From positions 704,001-768,000 of the forward strand of contig JBBCJC010000003.1 in NCBI GenBank assembly GCA_037189525.1: DNA of 64,000 bases. The letters run 5' to 3'. The position numbers were made by a program, and so were the translations under genes. This DNA comes from Gemmatimonadales bacterium (lineage in GTDB: Bacteria; Gemmatimonadota; Gemmatimonadetes; Gemmatimonadales; GWC2-71-9). Positions 44,441-54,098 of the stretch are shown one piece after another (the stretch's first letter is position 1; every line of letters starts with the position of its first letter). The notes under the pieces were generated by a model. The model was not told where the DNA came from, did no database searches, and saw only the letters and a program-made list of their open reading frames with translations.

Positions 44441-45867
44441 GGTCGGGGATCTGGCTCGCGGCCGGGGTGTTGCTCTTTGGGGCGTCAGCGCTTGCAGCGC
44501 AGGCGCGCCGTGCGCAGCCCAGCGACCGGTGCCGGCTCCAGATCGTGAATGTCGATCGCGAAGGGGTGCGGACCACGCCGATGGCGGGGACCGAGAACTA
44601 CTTTGCCGGCGGGAATGTCCACGCTCGCTGTGCCGGCCGGAACATTCATATGTACGCTGACAGTGTCGCATCGTACGGCGGATCGGTGGTCCAGTTCATC
44701 TCGCTGGGCAACAAGGTCCGCTATCGCGATTCGACCACGGCGCTCGATGCCGATTTCGGTACCTATTTCCAGAACGGCGAGCGCTTCGAAGCCCAGAACA
44801 ACGTATTGCATCGCGATCTCGAGTCCGGATCGACCATTACGGGACAGCGAATCGATTATCTTCGCCCGGTCCGCGGCTTGCGGGCCGAGATGGAAGTGAT
44901 CGCCCATAATCGGCCGACGGTACGGTATGTCGTGAAAGATTCGACCGGGCAGCCCCAGTCGCCCTATACCATCGTCGGCAATGTCGTGCGGACCCGCGCG
45001 AACGAGGTGATCTACGCCAACGGGAACGTGACGATCGATCGCGAGGATCTGCGCGGCGCGGCCGATTCGCTGTGGCTCGATACCGGACGGCGCCAGGGCG
45101 GGCAACTGGTGGGACGGGCCACGCTGCGTACCGAGCGCCGGGACGGGTTCACGCTGACCGGGCGTGTCATCGATATCGGCTTGGCGCAGCGGGAACTCCG
45201 GGCGCTCAAGGCGCGGGATTCGGCCAAGCTGATCAGCAAAGACATCACGCTTTCCGGCGATTCGGTCGGGGTGGAGCTGATCAATCGCCAGCCGGAGCGG
45301 GTGGTGGCGTGGGGCAAGACGACTCGGCCGTCGCTCGTCTCGTCCGACTATCTGGTCCGCGGCGACTCGTTGCGCGTCGAGATGCCCAACCAGCGGCTCA
45401 ATTCGCTCAGAGCCTTCGGTGGAGGCTGGGTGGGCTTTGCCGGCGACAAGGCCGACAGCACGCGCCGCGATTGGATTGCCGGAGATACCGTCGCGGTCGC
45501 ATTCCTGTCGCTCGGCGCGGCGGGAGCGGAGCAAACCAAGATTCGCGAGGTCGAAGCGATTCAGAACGCACGCTCGTTCTATCAGCTGGCGCCGGAGCAA
45601 GGGCAGACCAAGGGGTCGATCAACTACACCAGGGCCAAGCGGATCCTGGTGACGATGCGGATCACGCCCGATTCCAACACCGTGCAACAGGTCGATGCGT
45701 TTGGCGACGTCGACGGCATTCATCTGCAGCCCGCATTGACACGGGCGCGCGACACGGCCGCGGTGCGCGACTCGACGGTTGTCGTGCCGCCGGTCCGGCC
45801 GGACAGCGTTCCCAGGCCGGTCCGGCCGGATACGGCTGGCGCGCAGCCGCGGAGAGGAAATCCATGA
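44437..45867 (+). CDS. Extended LptA/OstA-like periplasmic beta-jellyroll protein
   Basis: Signal peptide ALA-AQ; repeated ADS/GDS/GDT and GNV strands; lies between lptC and lptB. Confidence 0.7.
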   Translation: MRSGIWLAAGVLLFGASALAAQARRAQPSDRCRLQIVNVDREGVRTTPMAGTENYFAGGNVHARCAGRNIHMYADSVASYGGSVVQFISLGNKVRYRDSTTALDADFGTYFQNGERFEAQNNVLHRDLESGSTITGQRIDYLRPVRGLRAEMEVIAHNRPTVRYVVKDSTGQPQSPYTIVGNVVRTRANEVIYANGNVTIDREDLRGAADSLWLDTGRRQGGQLVGRATLRTERRDGFTLTGRVIDIGLAQRELRALKARDSAKLISKDITLSGDSVGVELINRQPERVVAWGKTTRPSLVSSDYLVRGDSLRVEMPNQRLNSLRAFGGGWVGFAGDKADSTRRDWIAGDTVAVAFLSLGAAGAEQTKIREVEAIQNARSFYQLAPEQGQTKGSINYTRAKRILVTMRITPDSNTVQQVDAFGDVDGIHLQPALTRARDTAAVRDSTVVVPPVRPDSVPRPVRPDTAGAQPRRGNP

Positions 45868-46628
45868 CCAGCGTTCTCTCCGGAGAGCACCTCGAGAAGG
45901 CCTTTCGCCGCCGACGGGTCGTCAAGGACGTCAGCGTTTCGGTTTCGCAGGGAGAGATCGTCGGCTTGCTTGGTCCGAACGGGGCCGGCAAGACCACGAC
46001 GTTCTATCTCATCACGGGGCTGATTCGTCCCGATGGTGGGAAGATCGTGCTCGACTCGACCGACATCACCAGCCAGCCCATGTATCAGCGGGCCCGGAGC
46101 GGGATCGGCTATCTGGCGCAGGAACCGTCGGTGTTCCGCCGGATGACGGTCGAAGACAATGTGCAGGCGATTCTGGAAACCGTCGACCTGTCGCGCGCGG
46201 AGCGTCGTGAACGGCTGGAGCGATTGCTCGACGAACTGGGGCTCAAGCACCTCCGGAAGAGTAAAGCGTACAGCCTGAGCGGCGGCGAACGGCGGCGCCT
46301 GGAAATCACCCGCGCCCTCGTGACCGAGCCCAAGTTCATGCTGCTGGACGAGCCGTTTGCCGGCGTCGATCCGATTGCCGTGCATGACATCCAGACCATC
46401 ATCGCCAATCTCAAGTATCGCGGTATCGGGGTGCTGATCACCGATCACAGCGTCGAGCAGATGTTCGAGATCGTCGATCGCGCCTACATCATGTACGAGG
46501 GCGAGGTTCGCGCGGCCGGCACGGTACGGGAACTCGTGTTCAACGACCAGGTCGCCGAGCTCTATCTCGGTCCGACCATGACGGCGCGCCTGCGAGAGCG
46601 ACTCGAGCGCGCGGAGACCACGCTGTGA
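45864..46628 (+). CDS. lptB: LPS export ABC transporter ATPase
   Basis: GPNGAGKTT, YLAQEPSVFR, LSGGERRR, LDEPFAGVDP and ITDH motifs. Confidence 0.96.
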   Translation: MTSVLSGEHLEKAFRRRRVVKDVSVSVSQGEIVGLLGPNGAGKTTTFYLITGLIRPDGGKIVLDSTDITSQPMYQRARSGIGYLAQEPSVFRRMTVEDNVQAILETVDLSRAERRERLERLLDELGLKHLRKSKAYSLSGGERRRLEITRALVTEPKFMLLDEPFAGVDPIAVHDIQTIIANLKYRGIGVLITDHSVEQMFEIVDRAYIMYEGEVRAAGTVRELVFNDQVAELYLGPTMTARLRERLERAETTL

Positions 46629-48118
46629 AGACCGGCCTCTCTCAACATACCGGCCTTCGGCAAGAGCTGCGCATCAACCCACGGCTGTATCAGGCCATGG
46701 ACATGCTGTACATGCCCATGATGGACCTGCAACAGCATCTCAAGCAGGAACTGCTGACCAATCCGTTCCTCGAGTTGCTCGAGCCGGAGGAAGAGGAGCG
46801 GGATCAGCAGGAGCCGACGGCGGAGCAGGAGAAGGAAAAGCAGGAGAAGGAGGATGAGATCGACTGGGAAGAGATCCTCCTCAACGGCTTCGACGTCGGC
46901 GGCACCAAGACGCAGTACGAAGACCAGGAGTACCTCGAGCCCGTCATGGTCGAGCGGGTCGACCTGATCGACCATTTGCGCGACCAGCTACAGCTGATGA
47001 AGCTGACACCTCGGCAGCGCCTCCTGAGCGAGGAGTTTCTCGGCAACATCAACGACGACGGCTATCTCAGTGCCTCGCTCGAGGAAATTCTCGGCTCGGT
47101 CAATGCGCTGCTGGAGTCCTATACCGCGGCCGCCGAAGACGACGACGATGAAGACGATGATCGTCCGCCGACGCCGCGGCGGCCGGAGGTTGCTCCGTTC
47201 GAGTTGGCGGAAGTCGAGGAGATGCTCGGCATCGTTCAGCGGCTCGATCCGCCGGGAGTCGGCGCGCGCGACCTTCGGGAGTGCCTGGTGCTGCAGCTCA
47301 ACGAAGCCAAGGATACCGACTCGCTGGTCTATCGCCTCGTCAGCGAAGCGTTTACCGACCTGATTGCCCATCGCTGGAACGATCTTGCCAAGCGCTTCGG
47401 CGTCGAGCCGCGCACGGTGCAGACGGCGGCCGATTCGCTGGCGCGGTTCGATCCGAAGCCGGGGCTCAAGTACTCCGATCGCGGCGACGGCTACATCATT
47501 CCCGATCTGATCGTGGAGAAAGTCGGAACGCAGTATCATGTCTCGCTGAACGATACCGGCGTCCCGCGCCTTCGTCTCAGTCGTTCCTATCAGGACGTGG
47601 CCCGCGACAAGAAGTCGCTGACGCAGGAGAACAAAGAGTTCATCGCGCAGAAGATGAACAGCGCGAACTGGATGATTCAGGCGATCGAGCAGCGCCGGCA
47701 GACGATGCTCAAGGTGATGAACTTCATCGTCGACCGGCAGCGCGCTTTCTTCGAGAAGGGCGTCGAGTTTCTCAAGCCTCTCACGCTCCGCGAAGTCGCC
47801 GAAGTCATCAGCATGCACGAGTCCACGGTCAGTCGCGTAACCAACGAGAAATTCGTGCAGACGCCGCGCGGCGTCCTGCCGCTCAAGTTCTTCTTCTCGA
47901 GCGCCCTCACTACGGTATCCGGCGAAGATGCCAGCGCCCGGTCGATTCGGGCCAAGCTCGAGAAGATGGTGGCGGAGGAAGATCCCTCCAAGCCGCTGAC
48001 GGATCAGCAGATCGTGCATCGGTTCAAAGAGCAGGGGATTCAGATTGCCCGCCGGACCGTGGCCAAGTACCGGGATCAGCTGGGCATTCTGCCGGCACGG
48101 ATGCGCAAACGAGTATGA
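46625..48118 (+). CDS. rpoN: RNA polymerase sigma-54 factor
   Basis: PPGVGARDLRECL, MHESTVSR and RpoN box ARRTVAKYR. Confidence 0.97.
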   Translation: MKTGLSQHTGLRQELRINPRLYQAMDMLYMPMMDLQQHLKQELLTNPFLELLEPEEEERDQQEPTAEQEKEKQEKEDEIDWEEILLNGFDVGGTKTQYEDQEYLEPVMVERVDLIDHLRDQLQLMKLTPRQRLLSEEFLGNINDDGYLSASLEEILGSVNALLESYTAAAEDDDDEDDDRPPTPRRPEVAPFELAEVEEMLGIVQRLDPPGVGARDLRECLVLQLNEAKDTDSLVYRLVSEAFTDLIAHRWNDLAKRFGVEPRTVQTAADSLARFDPKPGLKYSDRGDGYIIPDLIVEKVGTQYHVSLNDTGVPRLRLSRSYQDVARDKKSLTQENKEFIAQKMNSANWMIQAIEQRRQTMLKVMNFIVDRQRAFFEKGVEFLKPLTLREVAEVISMHESTVSRVTNEKFVQTPRGVLPLKFFFSSALTTVSGEDASARSIRAKLEKMVAEEDPSKPLTDQQIVHRFKEQGIQIARRTVAKYRDQLGILPARMRKRV

Positions 48119-49077
48119 CCGCCGTGGCGCCGCGTCACCTCGACGTCAGCGTACTGGTTCCGGCCAAGGACGAGGCGGAGAACCTTCCGGAGTTTCTCCG
48201 CCAGTGTCAGGAAGCGCTGGGCAAGGCCGGATTCAGTTTCGAAGTCGTCGTCGTCGACGACGGCTCACGCGACCGGACGGCCGCGGTGCTTGCCGAGCAG
48301 GCAGCACTGTACGACTGGCTTCGTGTCGTGACCCATCGCCGCCAGCGCGGCATCGCGGATGCGCTGCGCAGCGGATCCGACTCGGCGCGCGGCGATATCC
48401 TGGTCTTCTATCCCGCCGATCTCCAGTATCGTCCGGAGGATATTCCCACCCTGGTGCGCCCGGTCCTGGACGGCGACGCCGACATGGTGACCGGATCCAA
48501 GCAGGGGAAATACGAAAAGGCGTTCGTCAGCGGGATCTACAACCGGCTCTGCCGCTGGCTGTTCGGGGTCAAGGTCGAAGACCTCAATTCGGTCAAGGCG
48601 TATCGCGCCGAGATCATGCGAATCGTCCCGATGCGTCCCGACTGGCACCGCTACATGGTCGTGATCGCGGCGGTTGAAGGCTATCGGCTGACCTCTCGGC
48701 CGGTGCCTCTCTATCCGCGTACGGCCGGCGCCTCGAAGTTCACCTGGACCCGGATTCCGGTCGGCGTCATCGACCTGCTCTCGGTTTGGTTTCAGCTGCG
48801 CTTCGGTCGGAAGCCGATGCTGTTCTTCGGAGTGGGCGGAGCGCTCCTCTTCGTGATCGGATTTCTGGGCGGCGTGGCGGCGCTGGTGCTGCGGTTCGGC
48901 TTCGGCATCGGGTTTCGGCCGCTGCTCAATCTGATCGAAACGATGGTCATCAGCGGCATCGTGCTCTTCGGCTTCGGCTTCGTCGCGGAGATGCTGGCCA
49001 GCTTCCGCGAAGAGACCCGCCAGATGTTGGCCGCGCGATCAGATGAGACATCCGATGGCTCCGGACGGCGCAACTAG
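48115..49077 (+). CDS. GT2 polyprenyl-phosphate glycosyltransferase (ArnC/GtrB-like) with 2 C-terminal TM helices
   Basis: VPAKDEAENL, VDDGSRD, ADLQ, PR.AG.SKF and FGRKPM.FFG motifs. Confidence 0.88.
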   Translation: MTAVAPRHLDVSVLVPAKDEAENLPEFLRQCQEALGKAGFSFEVVVVDDGSRDRTAAVLAEQAALYDWLRVVTHRRQRGIADALRSGSDSARGDILVFYPADLQYRPEDIPTLVRPVLDGDADMVTGSKQGKYEKAFVSGIYNRLCRWLFGVKVEDLNSVKAYRAEIMRIVPMRPDWHRYMVVIAAVEGYRLTSRPVPLYPRTAGASKFTWTRIPVGVIDLLSVWFQLRFGRKPMLFFGVGGALLFVIGFLGGVAALVLRFGFGIGFRPLLNLIETMVISGIVLFGFGFVAEMLASFREETRQMLAARSDETSDGSGRRN

Positions 49078-49133
49078 CGTGTTCGGGCCGACGCACCGTT
49101 GCCGCCGATTCCGGTAGCCGGAATCGTCCATCC

Positions 49134-50309
49134 GTGAAGGTCCTCGTCGTCAGTCACAACTTTCCGCGCTTCGCCGGCGATCCGGCCGGCGCGTTCGTCG
49201 AGCGTCTGGCCGGAGCGCTCGTCAGGCAGGGAGTCGAGATCCGCGCGGTGGTGCCGCATGCGGCGGGGCTGGCCGAGCAGGAGCAGACGCCCGACGGCGT
49301 CTCCGTGCGCCGGGTTCGTTATGGTCCTGACCGGTGGGAGCGGGTTGCCTACACGGGACAGCTGCACCGCAGCGCCTTCACCAAACCGGCGACCGCACTG
49401 ATGCTGATCCCGTTCCTCGCAGCAATGCGTCGCGCCGTCCGGCAGGAAACGGAGCGATTCCAGCCTGACCTGATCCACGCCCATTGGTGGTTTCCGGGAG
49501 GATGGGCAGCCCTGGCAGCGGGTCGGCCGGTCGTGATCACCTGCCATGGCAGCGACGTTAGGCTGCTTCAACGTTCCGGTCTGGCCCGCGCGTTGGGCCG
49601 GCGGGTGCTGCGCCGCGCGGCCGCGGTAACGGCCGTTTCCCGTTTCCTCCTCGATACGATTGCTACGCATTGCAGTTCGCTTCGCCAGGTACTGGTGACC
49701 CGGATGCCGATCGATCTGGCCGCGTTCGAGGCCGGCCAGAGAGTGAGCAAGGCCGATCCGCCGGTCATTCTCTATGCGGGAAATCTGGTTCCGACCAAGG
49801 GAGTCGACACCCTGCTCGATGCCGTTCGGATCCTGGTGGGTCGAGGTCTGAAAGTCCGGCTGCGGATCCTGGGGCAGGGGCCGGAGGAGCAGTCGCTGCG
49901 CGCGAAGGCCGCCTCGTTCGGACTCAGCGAGGTGGTCGAGTGGTCGGCCTTCCTTCCGCAGCAGGCGATGCCGGCGGAGTACGGCCGCGCTACCGTGACC
50001 GTGCTCCCTGCTCGGGGAGGAACCGAAGGGCTCGGCCTGACATTGGTCGAGGCGTTCGCGGCGGGGTCAGCCGTGGTCGGAACCCGTTCCGGCGGGATTC
50101 CCGAGGTGATCGAAGACGGCGTGACCGGGCGGCTGGTTGCTTCGGACGATCCGGTTGCGCTGGCGGATGCGCTGGCCGGATTGATTACGGATCCGGATCA
50201 GGCGGCCCGGTTGACGGAGCAGGGCCGGCGTCGAATCGCCGGGGAGTTCGGTATCGAGGGTGCGGCCACCACGTTTCTGGAGTTGTTCCGACGTGTCGCG
50301 CCGCATTGA
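49134..50309 (+). CDS. GT4 glycosyltransferase
   Basis: HAHWW.P, HGSDV, KGVD and EGLGLTLVEA..GGIPEVI motifs. Confidence 0.9.
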   Translation: MKVLVVSHNFPRFAGDPAGAFVERLAGALVRQGVEIRAVVPHAAGLAEQEQTPDGVSVRRVRYGPDRWERVAYTGQLHRSAFTKPATALMLIPFLAAMRRAVRQETERFQPDLIHAHWWFPGGWAALAAGRPVVITCHGSDVRLLQRSGLARALGRRVLRRAAAVTAVSRFLLDTIATHCSSLRQVLVTRMPIDLAAFEAGQRVSKADPPVILYAGNLVPTKGVDTLLDAVRILVGRGLKVRLRILGQGPEEQSLRAKAASFGLSEVVEWSAFLPQQAMPAEYGRATVTVLPARGGTEGLGLTLVEAFAAGSAVVGTRSGGIPEVIEDGVTGRLVASDDPVALADALAGLITDPDQAARLTEQGRRRIAGEFGIEGAATTFLELFRRVAPH

Positions 50310-51333
50310 ACGAACCGCCGCGCCGCCGGATGCGTGGGCCTCGCTTGCCCGGACCCACGGGAGCTTTTATCACGAGCCCCGCTGGCTCGAAACCATTGCG
50401 GGCATGTTCCGGTTTCCGCTCGACTGCCTAACGGTATACGACGACGATCGACCGGTTGCTGCGCTGCCACTGGCCACCGTTCCAGCGCTCGGCGGGCGTC
50501 CGCATCTGGTGAGCTTCCCGTTCAGCTATGTCACCGGAAGCATCGGCGATCCGACCGCGGACGCCGACCTGGCGCGCCATGCCATCGATCTCGCGCGCGA
50601 ACGGCGGGTCCGGTATCTCGAGATCAAGCGGGCAGGGGAGCCCGCCCTGGTCGAGCCGCTGGTTCGGGTGTCACGATACCATACCTTTGAAGTGCCGCTC
50701 GCGGGCGGATCCGAGGCGGTGTGGGCCACGCTCGACGGTGACAGCACGCGCCGAGGCATCCGGAAGGCACAGAAGGGCGGGCTTCGGATCGAACGGGTGA
50801 GTGACGGCCAGGGATGGGACGCGATGGCGGCATTCCAGGACGACACCGCGCGCCGCCACGGACTTCCCGCCCCGCCTCGGCGATTCTGGCGTGAAGGGGT
50901 CACCGGGCTCGCCGAACACGGGTTGGCGCGGGCATACCTCGCCTTTGCCGATACTACCCGTCCGATTGCGGGGATTACCGTCTGGACGGCGCCGTCGCGC
51001 TGGATCTACGCGTTCGGCGGGGCCGATCCCAGCCATCTGGGCCGGCGTCCCAATCATTTGCTGCTCTGGACCGCGTTGACGGATGCAATCGCGGAGGGGG
51101 TTCAGATCTTCGACCTGGGCCGGGCCGCGCCGGAGCAGGAAAGCCTGGTAACTTTCAAGCGTCGCTGGGGCGGGCAACCGAAGCCGCTGGCGTACGATTA
51201 CTGGCCGGCCGCGCGGGGAGTGCACCTGGCGCCGCGCAACCGCGGCCCGCTTCGGATGGCGGCTCGCGTCTGGTCGGCCTTGCCGCTCGGGGTGACTCGG
51301 CTCGGTTCATCGCTGTACCGTTACTTGGGGTAA
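50293..51333 (+). CDS. FemAB-like GNAT-fold protein (acetyltransferase_6 / PEP-CTERM FemAB-related type)
   Basis: FYHEP.W, LVSFPF, RRGIRKA, PNHLL.W, FDLGR and FKRRWG motifs. Start codon uncertain (GTG 50293). Confidence 0.8.
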   Translation: MSRRIERTAAPPDAWASLARTHGSFYHEPRWLETIAGMFRFPLDCLTVYDDDRPVAALPLATVPALGGRPHLVSFPFSYVTGSIGDPTADADLARHAIDLARERRVRYLEIKRAGEPALVEPLVRVSRYHTFEVPLAGGSEAVWATLDGDSTRRGIRKAQKGGLRIERVSDGQGWDAMAAFQDDTARRHGLPAPPRRFWREGVTGLAEHGLARAYLAFADTTRPIAGITVWTAPSRWIYAFGGADPSHLGRRPNHLLLWTALTDAIAEGVQIFDLGRAAPEQESLVTFKRRWGGQPKPLAYDYWPAARGVHLAPRNRGPLRMAARVWSALPLGVTRLGSSLYRYLG

Positions 51334-51337
51334 GCTC

Positions 51338-51799
51338 ATGCTGCTCCGGAAAGTCCGTCGCAAGTTTTTGAAGACCTGGGCGCGGCACACCATGCTGCCC
51401 GGCTGGCGCCTCACCCTGCTTCGATGGGCCGGGGTGCGGATCGGTCAGGATGCGTATGTCGCGGACGATCTGATCATCGTCGAGGAGCTGTCCGGACCCG
51501 GCCTCGTCACCATCGGCGACCGAGCCAGCCTGGCTCCGCGGGTGACGATCGTGACCTCGTCGCATCCGAATCACTCGCGGATCGGGCCGACCGCTCCGGT
51601 CGCTTCCGGCCCGGTGACCATCGAGGCCGATGCCTGGATCGGCGCCGGGGCCGTCCTCCTGCCCAACGTGACCGTCGGTCGCGGCGCCATCGTCGCTGCC
51701 GGCGCCGTCGTCACCCGCGATGTGGCTCCTCTCGATATCGTCGGCGGGCAGCCCGCGCGCACCATCGGCGCGGTAACGCCGCCGCCGGGATGGGCATGA
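51338..51799 (+). CDS. Hexapeptide-repeat O/N-acetyltransferase
   Basis: AWIGAGAVLLPNVTVGRGAIVAAGAVVTRDV..GGQPAR left-handed beta-helix. Confidence 0.9.
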   Translation: MLLRKVRRKFLKTWARHTMLPGWRLTLLRWAGVRIGQDAYVADDLIIVEELSGPGLVTIGDRASLAPRVTIVTSSHPNHSRIGPTAPVASGPVTIEADAWIGAGAVLLPNVTVGRGAIVAAGAVVTRDVAPLDIVGGQPARTIGAVTPPPGWA

Positions 51800-53166
51800 C
51801 CGTTCTGGCCATGCTGGACGGGCTCTCGCCGCTCGAACGATACGCGATGGACGTCCTGCTCGACCTGAGCCGGTTGCCGCGCACGGACCGGATGCTCGAT
51901 GGTGCGACTCCGGTCACGGCCGGGGCGGCGGGAGCGACCGGATTCAATGTCGTCGAGGGACGTGTCGTCGTCGATCGCAACATCCTGGCCGAGACGGCGG
52001 CGTTGCTGACGCTTGCTGCGGAACGGGACAGTCCGGTACGAGACGCGCGTGGCCGAGTGCCGGCGAACGTCAATTTGCTGGGAGCGACCGGGCGCGAATT
52101 GGAGCCGGTCGTTCAACGTCACGCGGTTGCGCTGCGGCGTGTCGTCGCCGCCTTGCGCGGTACGATGCCGGCGCTGCTGGCGCCGTGGCCCGAGGGCGCG
52201 CGATGGGCGGTCGCGCTGACGCACGATCTGGACCTGGTCCGGTGGTGGGGCCTGGGCTATGCCGCTCGGAGTCTCGAACTGCTCCGCCGAGGCGAGTGGC
52301 GCCGCTGGATGCGGGCCACCGGTGCCGCACTCGGCGCGGTTGGCCGCGGTCCTGTGCTCGGAGCGATCGAACGTCTTCTGGAGGTGGAAGCCGCGCACGG
52401 TGTCACGTCGACCTGGTTCGTGATGGCCGGCGCGCCCAGCCTGCGCAGCGTACTGGCCGGGGACGTGACCTACCCGATCGAGTCGGCGCGGAGCATCCTG
52501 GAGCAGATCCGTACTCGAGGCCATGAGGTCGGACTCCACGGAAGCTTCGCGACGGCCCAATCCGACGCGATGCTGCGGCGCGAGCGCGATACGCTCGAGC
52601 AGGCAGTCGGGAGATCGGTGCGAGCCACTCGCCAGCACTTCCTCCGAATGGAACCTCTTGCTACGCAGGAGCGGGCGGCCGCACTGGGATTCACCGTCGA
52701 CTCGACCGTCGGCTACTACGATCGCGCGGGCTTCCGGCTCGGCGTCGCCGACCTCGTGCCGCTGGCCGATGGAAGCGGCAGGGCGCTCGGGATCGGCGAG
52801 GCGCCGCTGGTCTGGATGGATCGCGCCAGCAGTAAGTATCGCGGCATCGAGACCCCGGCTGCGTGGATCGATGAGGCGCTGACCTCGGCGCAGGTGGTCG
52901 AATCGGTGGAGGGGCTCTGGGTCGGCCTCTGGCATCCGAACCTGGCTGCGCCGTTCGGCTTTCCGGATGCGGAGCCGGCGTTTGCGGATCTGGTGACTCG
53001 ATTGGCGGCGCACAAGCCATGGTTCGCGACCGTGAGCCAAGTTGCCGCCTGGCGGGGCCGGCGCCGGAGTGTGCGGGTAACCGGATTCGAGGCCGGCGGG
53101 CGGCCGATCCTCACCGACCCGGAAGGCGCCCGAGCGGACGAGTTCCTGGAGGCTCGCGCCGCATGA
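51796..53166 (+). CDS. Polysaccharide deacetylase-like protein (NodB/CE4 fold)
   Basis: LTHDLD, STWF, GHEVGLHGS, RQHFLR, DST.GY and LWHP motifs. Confidence 0.8.
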   Translation: MTVLAMLDGLSPLERYAMDVLLDLSRLPRTDRMLDGATPVTAGAAGATGFNVVEGRVVVDRNILAETAALLTLAAERDSPVRDARGRVPANVNLLGATGRELEPVVQRHAVALRRVVAALRGTMPALLAPWPEGARWAVALTHDLDLVRWWGLGYAARSLELLRRGEWRRWMRATGAALGAVGRGPVLGAIERLLEVEAAHGVTSTWFVMAGAPSLRSVLAGDVTYPIESARSILEQIRTRGHEVGLHGSFATAQSDAMLRRERDTLEQAVGRSVRATRQHFLRMEPLATQERAAALGFTVDSTVGYYDRAGFRLGVADLVPLADGSGRALGIGEAPLVWMDRASSKYRGIETPAAWIDEALTSAQVVESVEGLWVGLWHPNLAAPFGFPDAEPAFADLVTRLAAHKPWFATVSQVAAWRGRRRSVRVTGFEAGGRPILTDPEGARADEFLEARAA

Positions 53167-54098
53167 CATCCGCCGAACCGGCAGGTGTCCGGCCGCCCCG
53201 AGCCTGGCTGCGGTACCTCCGCGGGCTGCTCGGTGTCCTGATCCTGTACTTCGTCGGGCGACACCTGCTCCGCAACTGGGAGCAGTTCCGGGGCATCGAA
53301 CTCTCATGGCAGATCCGTCCGTTGCCGCTGATCGGGGCGGTCCTCGTGATCGTCGGGATGTACGCCCTCCTGGTCGAAGCGTGGCGCCAGCTGGCGGCGG
53401 CTTGGGGATGGGACATGACGTGGCGTCAGGCAGCCCGGGTCTGGATCATTTCGAGTATGGGGAAGTACCTCCCGGGGAAAGTGTGGACCGTGGCCGGGGT
53501 GGCGTCTTTTGCGCAGGAAGCGGGTGTCTCGGTTTGGGCCGCGACCGGCTCGGCACTGGTCAACCAGGTGCTGTCGCTGGCGGCGGGAGCCGCGGTCGCG
53601 GCGCTGACCGGCTTCAGCGTGGCGCCGGATGGCATCTTTCGGGTGCTGATCTGGATCAGTCTCGCCGGGGGCGTCGTCGGGCTGGCATTTCTGGTCTGGC
53701 CTGGGGCGCTCGGTCGGATCATGGCCGTGGCAACGAGCGGGCGGGTTGCGTTACCAATTCGCCGGGGTCCGGTCGTCCTGGCCGTGGCGATCCATGCGGT
53801 GTCCTGGGCGGGGTATGGCGTGGCGCTGTTGCTCGTGCTGGCGGGGACGCTTCCCGACGTTCAGCTTGGCCTGCGCGAGGCCATTGCGGGATTTACGATC
53901 TCCTATATCGTTGGCTTCCTGGCGCTCCTGGCCCCGGGTGGGCTCGGAGTGCGAGAGGGTACTTTGGTCATACTGCTGCAGGGGTCGATCGGTGCGGCGC
54001 CCGCAGTTGCCCTTGCCGCGGCATCGCGGCTCGTCATGACAGTGGCGGACATTGTGGCGGTGGCCCCGTTTCTCGCTGCCGGGAGAAAACCTAAGTGA
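53163..54098 (+). CDS. Flippase-like membrane protein (UPF0104 / lysyl-PG synthase TM domain)
   Basis: GKYLPGKVW and PGGLGVREG motifs; about 8 TM helices. Confidence 0.82.
   Translation: MTSAEPAGVRPPRAWLRYLRGLLGVLILYFVGRHLLRNWEQFRGIELSWQIRPLPLIGAVLVIVGMYALLVEAWRQLAAAWGWDMTWRQAARVWIISSMGKYLPGKVWTVAGVASFAQEAGVSVWAATGSALVNQVLSLAAGAAVAALTGFSVAPDGIFRVLIWISLAGGVVGLAFLVWPGALGRIMAVATSGRVALPIRRGPVVLAVAIHAVSWAGYGVALLLVLAGTLPDVQLGLREAIAGFTISYIVGFLALLAPGGLGVREGTLVILLQGSIGAAPAVALAAASRLVMTVADIVAVAPFLAAGRKPK

Noticed and set aside
47281..48114. Apparent long N-terminal extensions or fusions in the ORF track (47281-49077, 43873-45867, 45072-46628, 35498-36511, 36540-38027)
   Set aside because: The upstream parts are off-frame overlaps with the preceding genes. 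The real starts are at or just after the preceding gene's stop, mostly as ATGA/GTGA overlaps.
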